Positions 24,601 to 33,400 of a stretch of 64,000 nt of DNA are shown piece after piece. Source of the stretch: Phoronis australis (Eukaryota > Animalia > Phoronida); assembly GCA_002633005.1 (NCBI GenBank), contig NMRA01000382.1, positions 252,307 to 316,306 on the forward strand, read 5' to 3'. The notes under the pieces were generated by a model. That model had not been told where the DNA came from and ran no database searches. It saw nothing but the letters and a program-made list of their open reading frames with translations. The position numbers and the translations under genes were made by a program. Every line of letters begins with the position of its first letter. The first letter of the stretch is position 1.

Positions 24601-27065
24601 AGCGAGAAAGAATAATAAGTTGCCAGTTCATTATGAACCCAGAAATACCTACTCATCTAAGTAAGGGATATGTCAAGATCAATTGTGTAGTGGCAAGCGA
24701 TCTGAATCAAAGATCGCATCTACATTTCATAAACAAAACACGTGTTAATACATGTACAGTAGCTCATAACATCACACTTCAAGCAATTTATCTATTCGAT
24801 TACTTCATTGGATTTCTTCTGCCATCCATATAAATTCAGTACAATGAATCCTATGGCATAGTTCAGTTGAAGTGAGTCTTTCCAGTCGTCTGAAATTAAC
24901 TGTTCGGGTCCCCACAATCCTTTGTGCATATGACGTCCCAAGGTTCTCGAAAAAGTCAATGATTTCTACTAAAACTCAATGGTTTGATTGAAATATCCAA
25001 TTCAGTCTTCCCGGCAGTTGTGTGGTTTTGGTAGCTTAGATTCTAACTACTAACTATTAATCGTCAATAGTACAATCTATTTGCTTTGGCGTTCGGATTA
25101 ACAAGCAAACTTATTTCGAAAACTGATATAATTTAGATTTTAAGTGCATGCTCCGTGTTCTAACACATACTTGTATCGAAATCACATTTACTCTAGTGGA
25201 TCTTGCGTATCCTCTATATAGAGAGGCGTTTCAGATCATAAGCTAAAGTAAATCGTCAATAATTCGTCGTAGCTTTTATAAAAAGTCAAACCAGTGATGT
25301 GACTCACCGGTACGGCTGTGCATGTTTTCAGCAAGGAGTCGATCTCTTCCGCAAACGAAAGAAGAGAAGAGCAGTGGATGAGCGATACCGGAAGAAGGTC
25401 ATTGGTAAGCAACTCTTTTGATTCAATACGCGAGCCCCATCAGCAATTCTGGTTAGTGCAGATCCGCAGGATTGTCATGTATAATTGTGATGTTCTATAC
25501 CAAGTATGCTTATTTCCCGTCCAAATAAAAACGCGGTCGAGTGCGTGACGTGACGGACGTTTTACCTGTACCAGTGTATTTGGCATAGATGCAGATGCCT
25601 CGTTTTAGATTCGGGTGCCCATTTTTCAATTCATAAATATAAAGCCACTCAGTCGATACGTACATAGAATGAAAGTAAAAAATTGCCTGTTTGTTCAGCA
25701 ATACAAAATACATTCATTTTCCAGAAATTACATTATTATGTTAAATGTAAAAACGTGAATTTGTATTTACGTTCTGTTTACTTATTTCTTCAAACCAGCG
25801 TCTGATGACCAGGAAGATGGCAACAAGAATCCTGATTTCAAGGAGCAGAGGCGAACCTTTCTGGATGACCTTGACTCTGCTTACAAAGACAGACAACACG
25901 TCGTTACAGAGGCTGACTTGAATCCACAATTTGTCAAAGTGCAAACATTGACAAAGGGCTCAGTTTTCGTAAGTATCACCCACTCACCTAAAATGTCCCC
26001 CTGGAGGATCGGGATGTTCGCCAAAAGACGTCACATCCGGTTAATAATACTAGACTTCGTTGTGGTTGTCCCATATTCAGTGCATCTTCAGTATTACCCT
26101 AGAACGTACAGAAAATCCCTCGCTGTGCTCTTTTCTAACTAGTATCTTGGAAATCAACTCTTCGCCACCATGAAATATCTTCTGAGAGAAGGGGAATAAA
26201 ACAATGATAGCAAGTTTCATCAAGAAGTCCCGATGATCTCACGTCGTCATATGCATGTAATCCTGGTTCGTTTTCCCGATTATTCACATGTAGATTTAGA
26301 ATTCCAACTGCTCACATGTATATGTAGTACACAACAACTGCACGAATGCAGAGATAATGTGCTCTTCTACTTTTGCGAGATCCACGGCCTGCAGTGGGAC
26401 ATCTTTAAAATTGTGTAGTATAGGCTCACAGTGTGAATTTTTAAATGTTTTTGTTGTTCAGCGAACTGACTTACATGTACATGTAGATGCACGTTTGCTA
26501 ATGTCAGGGTCTTATATTGTCGTACTTTGGTAGCTACAGTTGTTAAGAATTCGTGCAACGTCAAAGAACGATATAATGTTTTAACATCGTATCGTCGAAA
26601 TTCATAGTCCACAAATACTTTAGTTAGAACGTTGTGTCTAATTACCCTTTGGAACGGACGATATTTAGGACTGCTAATACGAGCCTACATGACTATCGGA
26701 CCAAAATAGTATCAGCTCATCGACCTTCGTTCACTTCTTAGTAGCTCATGCATATTTTATTTTAGGGTCTTGCTCAAGTGGTATTCTTCAACGACAAACA
26801 ACCTAGTTTTTGCCTTGTCAGCAATGGAGCAGAATGTCTAATGCTCAATAAACAGTTTTTTCGCGACAACTGTCCGGTTGAGCTGTCGCGGAAACTCCTC
26901 AAAACCGTGTCTCCATATCCAACAGACCACGACATGCAAGACAAGTTACTCACTCGGCTAAACTGGGACGCGTTGCGACAGGCGACACTAACTCAGGTTA
27001 TGACAGACATTCAAGGGCTGAAACTGAGACATTACCATGTGAACCCGTACCTTTCTATCAGATGA
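3027..27065 (+). CDS. CNBD2: Cyclic nucleotide-binding domain-containing protein 2-like, whole spliced model. Exons: 3027-3629, 12125-12213, 14267-14459, 14586-14674 (dup 16046-16134), 17283-17433 (dup 15829-15979), 17818-17901, 18306-18376, 18840-18917, 21790-21850, 22477-22905, [23266-23274], 25332-25404, 25799-25968, 26766-27065
   Basis: All introns are GT-AG and phases chain to a 2400-nt ORF (799 aa with the microexon). CNB-A reads VIVRQGHPPQAFYFIMYGTV...GDSFGELAIRNNETRASTV. CNB-B reads RGAVMVKDSNYSDWIYIVKSGSVQV...VFGL...PSFCLVSNGAEC, and the C-terminus has PYPT..MQ..L....NW. Family call is from recognising these motifs, not from a search. Confidence 0.88.
9652..9752. repeat. (CACTGC)n followed by (AAT/GAT)n low-complexity tract
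   Basis: Directly visible. Confidence 0.85.
10377..11315. repeat. 469-bp direct duplication (10377-10845 and 10847-11315) around a single N; probable haplotype false duplication
   Basis: Copies abut N10846; 4 substitutions seen by eye. Confidence 0.9.
12125..12213 (+). CDS. CNBD2: CNBD2-like exon 2 (EPIIPKYKLKTLGRLVIVLSRMLKFHMQA)
   Basis: ttttacag acceptor, gtgagt donor, phase 0 to 2, joins exon 3 in frame. Confidence 0.8.
12270..12431 (+). mobile_element. MITE family A (CAGTGGCGGAT termini), 5-bp TSD GACCC
   Basis: cagtggcggat...attcgcccatg, flanked by gaccc on both sides; homologous to 40116-40271. Confidence 0.85.
12863..12920 (+). mobile_element. tRNA-like (SINE head) relic
   Basis: gtggtgtagcggtaac A-box-like start; B box decayed, no cloverleaf. 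Confidence 0.3.
12982..13164. mobile_element. Partial MITE related to family A; other end lost in or near the N gap 12953-12981
   Basis: Ends in ttccgccactg after a G/C-run subterminal region. Confidence 0.55.
13805..14022. repeat. Degenerate (CAT/CAC)n trinucleotide tract
   Basis: Directly visible; source of the poly-His ORF 13809-14090. Confidence 0.85.
14267..14459 (+). CDS. CNBD2: CNBD2-like exon 3 (DKKG...LFFDPSEFKANK...KRPEDRTEAEINY)
   Basis: tttcag acceptor, gtacgt donor, phase 2 to 0; the K.PEDRT..EI helix is typical just before a CNB domain. Confidence 0.9.
14586..14674 (+). CDS. CNBD2: CNBD2-like exon 4, copy 1 (AMIALRGNKLIADYPVRFQRKLAQNGSFE)
   Basis: ctctgcag acceptor, gtaagt donor, phase 0 to 2. 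Confidence 0.9.
15829..15979 (+). CDS. CNBD2: CNBD2-like exon 5, copy 1 (donor cut by the N at 15981)
   Basis: Identical by eye to 17283-17433; probably the redundant haplotype copy. Confidence 0.7.
16046..16134 (+). CDS. CNBD2: CNBD2-like exon 4, copy 2
   Basis: Identical by eye to 14586-14674; lies just after the single-N join. Confidence 0.7.
17283..17433 (+). CDS. CNBD2: CNBD2-like exon 5 (YDSTRVIVRQGHPPQAFYFIMYGTV...LSRGDSFG)
   Basis: ttccag acceptor, gtaatg donor, phase 2 to 0; CNB-A beta strands. Confidence 0.92.
17818..17901 (+). CDS. CNBD2: CNBD2-like exon 6 (ELAIRNNETRASTVITKNYVEMLSISAQ)
   Basis: ctttcag acceptor, gtgagt donor, phase 0 to 0; completes the FG-ELA...R phosphate-binding cassette. 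Confidence 0.93.
18306..18376 (+). CDS. CNBD2: CNBD2-like exon 7 (TYQKVFMVGGSKNINDPDHNEFI)
   Basis: tttcag acceptor, gtaagt donor, phase 0 to 2. Confidence 0.88.
18840..18917 (+). CDS. CNBD2: CNBD2-like exon 8 (SIEFLRGWPISLLENNPKKFVFTYF)
   Basis: tttcag acceptor, gtaagt donor, phase 2 to 2; F..WP helix preceding CNB-B. Confidence 0.9.
21790..21850 (+). CDS. CNBD2: CNBD2-like exon 9 (RGAVMVKDSNYSDWIYIVKS)
   Basis: tttcag acceptor, gtaagt donor, phase 2 to 0. Confidence 0.9.
22200..22444 (-). mobile_element. Non-autonomous TIR element, family C (CAGGG.CCCGTTCCA termini)
   Basis: Imperfect TIRs; reverse-complement homology to 61269-61510 (aaaactgacttagctaag, ggaagtttcaaag, gacaaatctta). Confidence 0.75.
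22477..22905 (+). CDS. CNBD2: CNBD2-like exon 10 (GSVQVLKKL... start of the long insert in CNB-B)
   Basis: ttgcag acceptor, gtatgt donor, 143 codons, inside track ORF 22471-22980. Confidence 0.88.
23266..23274 (+). CDS. CNBD2: Candidate 9-nt microexon (Ala-Asp-Glu) of the CNBD2-like gene
   Basis: ttttcttttcattag|GCCGACGAG|gtaaga; phase 0 to 0 between phase-0 exons. Confidence 0.55.
24039..24327 (-). mobile_element. MITE family A, inverted and longer copy, 5-bp TSD TACAG
   Basis: caggggcggat...atccgccactg with a perfect tacag/tacag duplication. Confidence 0.88.
25332..25404 (+). CDS. CNBD2: CNBD2-like exon (QGVDLFRKRKKRRAVDERYRKKVI)
   Basis: ttttcag acceptor, gtaagc donor, phase 0 to 1; this phase change is needed to enter the next exon in frame. 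Confidence 0.8.
25799..25968 (+). CDS. CNBD2: CNBD2-like penultimate exon (SDDQEDG...PQFVKVQTLTKGSVF)
   Basis: Pyrimidine tract plus ccag acceptor, gtaagt donor, phase 1 to 0; CNB-B resumes here. Confidence 0.9.
26766..27065 (+). CDS. CNBD2: CNBD2-like terminal exon (GLAQVVFFNDKQPSFCLVSNGAEC...LSIR*)
   Basis: ttttag acceptor in phase 0, TGA at 27063-27065. Confidence 0.92.
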   Translation, partial: GLAQVVFFNDKQPSFCLVSNGAECLMLNKQFFRDNCPVELSRKLLKTVSPYPTDHDMQDKLLTRLNWDALRQATLTQVMTDIQGLKLRHYHVNPYLSIR

Positions 27066-27420
27066 CATGTTAAACATCAATACAATCAGACTTGTACCAC
27101 GATGATTGGAAGCGAGCGGATTTTACCGCCAAACGTGATTCGTTCCTATCAATCAGCCGACATGGTGTACATAATTCTAAGTGCACGTGCAATGTGATGG
27201 CCAACAGCTGTTAATGGGTTTGGATTCCACCGTTTAACGTGAATCCGCTTTTGTCAATCAGATGACGTTACAGCACATCGTAATTGAGTATATACTATGA
27301 TGGTCGACAGCTTCTTTGTGGGAGTAAAATTTGCTGCCGAAGGTGGAGCTTGTTCCTATCAGTCAGATGACGTATTGCACATCTTTGCATGTGCACGTGT
27401 GCGATGGTGGCAACCGCAAC
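27052..27420 (+). repeat. Four degenerate ~100-bp tandem units starting at the CNBD2-like stop codon
   Basis: Core tcagatgac at 27058, 27258 and 27363, variant tcagccgac at 27153; gttcctatca and gtgcacgtg shared by units 2 and 4. Confidence 0.65.
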
Positions 27421-27467
27421 CACTGGAAACAATTTCATGTGTAATCTTCTGAATTCCAGTTACTTTC

Positions 27468-27688
27468 TATGCGCGCACCCAGGGAGGCTCAGGGGGCTCG
27501 AACGAGCTTCCCCCCACCATTTGGCGAAGTGGGTAAAAAGGTCCGCCTCAGAAAAACAAAATGTCCCAGCAAATGAGACAAAAGTCTACTAAAAAGGCGC
27601 AGTGCCCCGTTTTTTTATTATTTTTAGACCTCCCGCTTTTTTGTTAGCAAAAGGTCCACTTNCATATTGAAGGCTGGGTGCTCGCATA
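27468..27688 (+). mobile_element. MITE family B (C/T-ATGCGCGCACCCAG termini), 5-bp TSD CTTTC
   Basis: tatgcgcgcacccag...ctgggtgctcgcata flanked by ctttc/ctttc; contains a single N. Confidence 0.85.
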
Positions 27689-30215
27689 CTTTCCTCTAAA
27701 GTAGTCAGCCAACCACGTCATCAAATCAGAAGCTCTAATTTCCGCGACCGCCTAAACTCACGCTCGGAAAGTGCTACATACACGCTGATCAAACTCTATT
27801 TTCTGAATCGAATTTCTCGCCCGGGAGTGGAGTTAATTCAACATGTGTGACACATTTTTGTTACCTGTGTTGGTTTTTGATTGCGAGGTCCGGTAGAGGA
27901 GTTCACAGGATATAATTCGGAAGCGCGGTCGTGACCTTGTGTCCACCCACTGGATCAGGAGCAAAGTTTCTTCCATCTCAGTAATGTTTGCTTACTGGTG
28001 TCCCGGCCGATAACTAGTTTTGCCCCTTGAATAACAAGCATCAAACTGATTCTCAAAATCCGAGGCCCTGTAAGTGACAATTGTTGTCGATTCAGTAATG
28101 CCACAACTGTTGCAAGCAAAAATAACAATAGGTCTTCGCTCTTCTCATGAGGTGTCATTTTGGCGTACCATAATGACTTAATTCTTTCCCTCCCTCCCTC
28201 CTTGTAGACAGGTTTGCTGGATATTAGCCTTAGCCCGATTTTGTGAAGCAACATGCTAAAGCAATTTTGCATTGATTTCCAACCAAAAGTCGACTTACAA
28301 TAGGTTTTCAACAGTCAATAGACTCTTCGAGAAACACAGGTACTGTTCGTACAGTCTTCTGTGACCGCGCTTTCACGCAACGGTCCATCTCTAATTTCCA
28401 AACACTGGATTGGCGCTACGGCATTTAAACTGGCTGTCGCTCATGCGTAATGAAAAGTGAAAGTCAGAACTATTTTAACTTCGATTCTATCATTAAACAA
28501 GTATCTTAAAAGAAAGTTACCAAAATGCATGCGTTGAATACTTTTAAAATGGCACGTTGGGCCTTGCATCGGCGGGTCAAATGGGTCAAAATTCAAAGCA
28601 AGATAAAATATAGATTAAGCCATTTAGTAACCCAAAATATTTCATATGGACTCCAGTGTGATTGAAATATAAATCATGTCTCAAAACAAAATCAAAACAT
28701 TTGATATCGCAATTTTGTAAAACAGGTGTTCCATGAAATTCGAAATAATTACCGAAGTACCTACCGATGTACATGTGGATCTCAATATGCCATTAAAAGG
28801 AAATTTAGTTAAAAGGTGCCATTTTTGGATGCCGGGTTCGTGGTCCTACCTTCTGACATTCCATGCCAAATGAAGTCGTGTGGATTTCGGAAATTAATTG
28901 TTTAACTTGCGACATCTATGCGACGCACGGATATCGTACCTTGGGCGCCGATCAGCCGATTACCAATAAACGCTTACCATTATCTTTTTTATTAGAACGA
29001 AAAAAGCGAACAATGTTTACGCCTATCTACCAATATCTATGAGAGGAGCTTGTTCAATTTGTACTTTGAAAATCACTTCATTAATTAATCCTGTTCAAAT
29101 ATTTAGCAGTGTTCGTTAATTATTGATGTGCGCTGCAGATGGCGTATCGGTAGGCTTATCGGTAAATACACATAAACTTGTTGGTACACAATTTATTTTT
29201 TATTGGTGTGAACATCTGGTTGGTAAAACAGGGTCTCCAGTGAACTACTTTTTCCCCCTTGGCCTATGATATAGTTAAGACGGCCGACTTGTTATTTACC
29301 CACATTGTTGGCGTCGTTTTCGGGTGATTGGTTTTTCACAAGTTATTCCGCGTTGGGACTTCATTAGTCAAGTTTTACTTGACTGCATTAACTGCATTAG
29401 AGTTCCCAATACTGCAGTGCACTCGTGGGATGAAACCCCGACGGTAGATATTACGATGAAAATGAGAACTATGCATGGATGCGATCTTTTGTGACAACAT
29501 TCCTTGAATCGGCCTGCCGTTTTTAAGACAAAGCCAAAAGAACAACGCGTTTTCCTGCCTACAGGACAAAGGATATTTCTATCCGGGATCGTCCTACTCC
29601 AATAACAGCACCACCATGAGCCGACCTCTCGTACATTTCCTGGCGGTTTCCCACTAACGGCAAATCAATCAAACAAACATCGATCTTGGATATGAGTAGA
29701 CGACGCGAAACAATTTGATTCAAATCTAAGCGTGTTATGAAAGGCTACAGTAAGAATTATCCTATAAAGGTCGTAAGAGTGATTGAGCAAGACTTGCAGA
29801 AAACAGATCCCTGCTTTAAAACGGCACAAACTGACTGTTCGCTTCTACACAACTTTCGAGACCGTGTGATCTATCCTCATCGCTGTTATACGAATAGCTA
29901 CCTAACCAACACAGAGGCTCTCAGCCAGATATGCCTGTGACTCTGTATGTGCTCTTTGCTTCCAAAACCTTCTCTTAACGCCACGGCGGTTAAATTGTTG
30001 CGTGCCATTTGACGCTTATTAATTACCTGTCGCGATTGACGTTGAACAAACGTATTTGCAGTAACCTTCACATCCATAACAATTGGATTTACTAGAAGTA
30101 CTTTCGTACTTTATCCAACAACAGACTAGATCCCGGCCCGCTATTGCCCAAAGACAAACGATATAGTCCATGTTTATATCCGCAACGTACATCAAATCCA
30201 AACCAGCGCGTACAC

Positions 30216-30445
30216 CTATGTCAAAATCGTCACGAAAAATGAAAGCCCCGTGGCCAAAGTCAACCAGTGTGCTGACGTTTTTCCACCACTATTGTAATTG
30301 CATAAGTCTTCGTAACAGCAGTCCGTACACACCCAGCTTGGAAGACTATTGTCGCAGGGATAACTTGTTCTAGTTTGGTTCACTTGAAGTGCGCACGATA
30401 ACTTCTTGCTGCAGCGCTTCGTTATAAACATTTTCTCAGATATAT
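30216..30445 (-). CDS. Ly6/uPAR gene exon 3 (Cys6-12 and GPI-type signal)
   Basis: cttttatctttccag acceptor, CCYEDLCN motif, TAG stop. Confidence 0.93.
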
Positions 30446-33400
30446 CTGGAAAGATAAAAGGAATGAAGATTGTGACCATACCAATGCGATTTTGTTTCAC
30501 GAATGAGCGGCGTTATTTGGCTCAGCTTAGAAATTGTCATAAAGATGAAATGTGATGTGTTGAAGTTTGCTGATCTTAAATGACCGTGAAACTACGCTCG
30601 AAAATTCACTCGTGCTTACGAGTGTGTGTTAGGGCGACACCTTACGGTCGTTGAGCACGAGCGAAGTCTCGGTCGAAAGGTTTCGGTCGCAAAACAGGAG
30701 CGAAATCTCGGCTGTAATTATACGTAGTTATGGGCAAAAGATTTCGGTTGTAAAACACGAGCGGAATCTCGGTCGTAATTTCAGAAGCGTAATTACATGT
30801 ACGGGCGTCACTGTTTCACCCGAGCGGCTCACGATAGCTAACCGACCACGGACGACGCAAGAGACGGCTCACTGACCACCAAGCGCGGATAACCCACTAC
30901 GAAACACGGCACCCAATTCACAAAACACGCTTTACACAACCAAACTTGTACCCAGATTCACATACACGGTTCATTGACTTCATGTATTGGGCAGTCCACA
31001 GTGATCTGTGTTTGTGAGTCAAGTAACGGCGCGTTTTAGATGCTTGGCGGTCGGCAGCGTGTTTGGAGAGCGGTGTAAGTCGTGTTTGATGGCAGTTGAA
31101 ACGTGCGCACGAGTCCTTGAATTGAGTTTGTTGGAAAAGTGACCTGCGTTTACAACCAAACTATATTTTTAAGTCTGGCACCCGTGTTGCTCGAGACGCC
31201 TTTTACATTGCCGGGCTAAAAATCACCCACAAAGACAACTTGGTGATGTCATGAGTAATGCTGTTATAACGAGAACATATGTATTGTACATGAACTCCTC
31301 TTGTATCCAGCCAAGAAAAGAGAATTGCCGCATGATGCCAAAATTTGTAATGTTAATAGTTTGTGTCGACAAAGTATTAATCTCTGAGATCAAGTAGCAT
31401 GGAATCGAACCTGGATTCCACACCGTTGTATAGTTTAATGCTCAGCTGGCTAAGCTCATCTCACTCATGCATAGTTGAAGCCAAGTCACCGGGCTGGGAG
31501 AGAAAGGCGAAAATTGTCGATTTGTTATTCAATCACAAAAGCACAACGGAACTTAAACCTCTGGTCAAAGTTAATAACTTCAAGAAGTCTATCCCATCTA
31601 AAAAATCCCATAATGTGTTTTTCGTTCGTAAAACCCACAATGTCCCTTAAGCAGTCGGAAAGGTCAATAAGTATTTGTCGGTTCTTGATAGTGACGAAAA
31701 TTCGTGCCATTGGATAAAATCAATATAATGTAATGTAACCTACATGCCCAGTAATGGAAAACATTTCCATCACGCCGGCAATGCCAGTTCCGTTTACCTT
31801 TATGATTATCGACAAGAGCGAGAATTTCTTAAGTAAAGTGTTCGAGTGGATTCCAAACTGTCTGTGTAGTCAGATCTAAGTCTCCACCGCTTATTACGCC
31901 CCATAACAGAATGAAAATATCAATAATTCATTGGCATTGGTAGGCTCATTTGTGGATGATAGTTAGGACAAAGACACCAATTCAATTACATATTTGGTGA
32001 CTGGCAAGCTCATCGTGAGATCATCCGCAGATCGTCAACGTGCCAAGTTAAACAACAAGCACTCGACAAATGAGATTTGCTAACATACCTTGATAAAGAT
32101 TACGTTACACAATAGCGCATGTAAATTTACTTCATGCGATATACATTTCTTATAAGCATTATTCTGATTACGTTCAGTTCTATATCATAAATTGCATATG
32201 ACGATAATAAATGGTTAGACTTGTTTCGAGACTTTTGTCTACAGTCAACGAGAGAATTCTCAGTTCATTCAAACAGCTACGAGTAGCACTATCAGATAAT
32301 GGTGTTCTACTCTGGTACCCGCGGCAAATACTAATTCTACCGTGGGTACTGCCAATTGTTTGGTATTAGACGTTGTTTTTGTGTTGTTTTCTGGTGGTGA
32401 CGCAGTATTCCACTGCGACAAAAAGGCTGCTTCCATTAGAGTGCATTTAAAAGTGCCATTTTCTTATGGAGCTGAACCATCGTGGGACCACATGAATAAC
32501 AAGTTACAATACATTTAGAATAACAGAAATCCTTTCGAAGAAGGCATGGAAAACATTACACACTTGGAACTAAAATACGTAACGCTGTCGTAGAAAGATA
32601 ATCCAGGACTGAGGTAATAGGGGAATACAACTTTCGCCCTTAGCGAATAGAAGCGTATGAAATGAAGTGATTTAACACTAGAACATTAACAACATTTTCG
32701 TTATAATCCCGTTTAACACGCAAAGGCCCTAGGCTTCAGAGGGTTATATTAACTACAAAAATCCTCACTATACAGGCATGCATGTCTAGCGTTTGCAGTC
32801 TAGATTACTTTAACCCAAGTGCAGGGGTGATCTTATAGCATTTTAAGCAAATAAAGTCCTTCGTAGAAGCCATGCGCCATATACATACGACTTCGGCTCA
32901 TCCATTTTGCCAAGAAAACATATCCTGTTGTGTGCTATAAGCAGTGTAGTAACCGATAATTTGAAAAAGTTTAAAATGCCCATTGCAGCTATTGACGCAC
33001 AGTCGATGAGAGGTGACGACCAGGGGTGGAAGTTGTGGTGACGGTGTGAGACAATTTCTTTTCATCCAAAAAGCGTCATCTCTCAGACGGTGCAGGAACC
33101 CACCCCCTCAGGTGAACTATGGCCTTGCACTGGGCTGAGTTCATGTCGGAACTAGGCCTATATCTGGTAAAGATAAGGCGCATGACTTGCGAAGGAATTC
33201 ACCTGAACTTGGATGGGAAATTTGAGGTTACGAAATACTTTTGGTGTTCTGGATATCTCGGCTGCTTTCAAAATTTAGGCAATGTAAAGATCTGAAGTAC
33301 TGTTCCTGGTGTGAGTAAAGGTACTTCATTACGTACGTGAAATGTCCAGTATGCTCCATTAGGGTTTCATCTGCATGACAAAAATTCCCGCGCTCACGTC

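Noticed and set aside
25318-25548. Track frame SKESISSANERREEQW for exon 25332-25404
   Set aside because: That frame would put the next exon out of frame; the QGVDLF frame is the consistent one.
12863-31460. Two tRNA-like stretches (12863-12920 and 31393-31460) as true tRNA genes
   Set aside because: No complete cloverleaf; kept only as low-confidence SINE relics.
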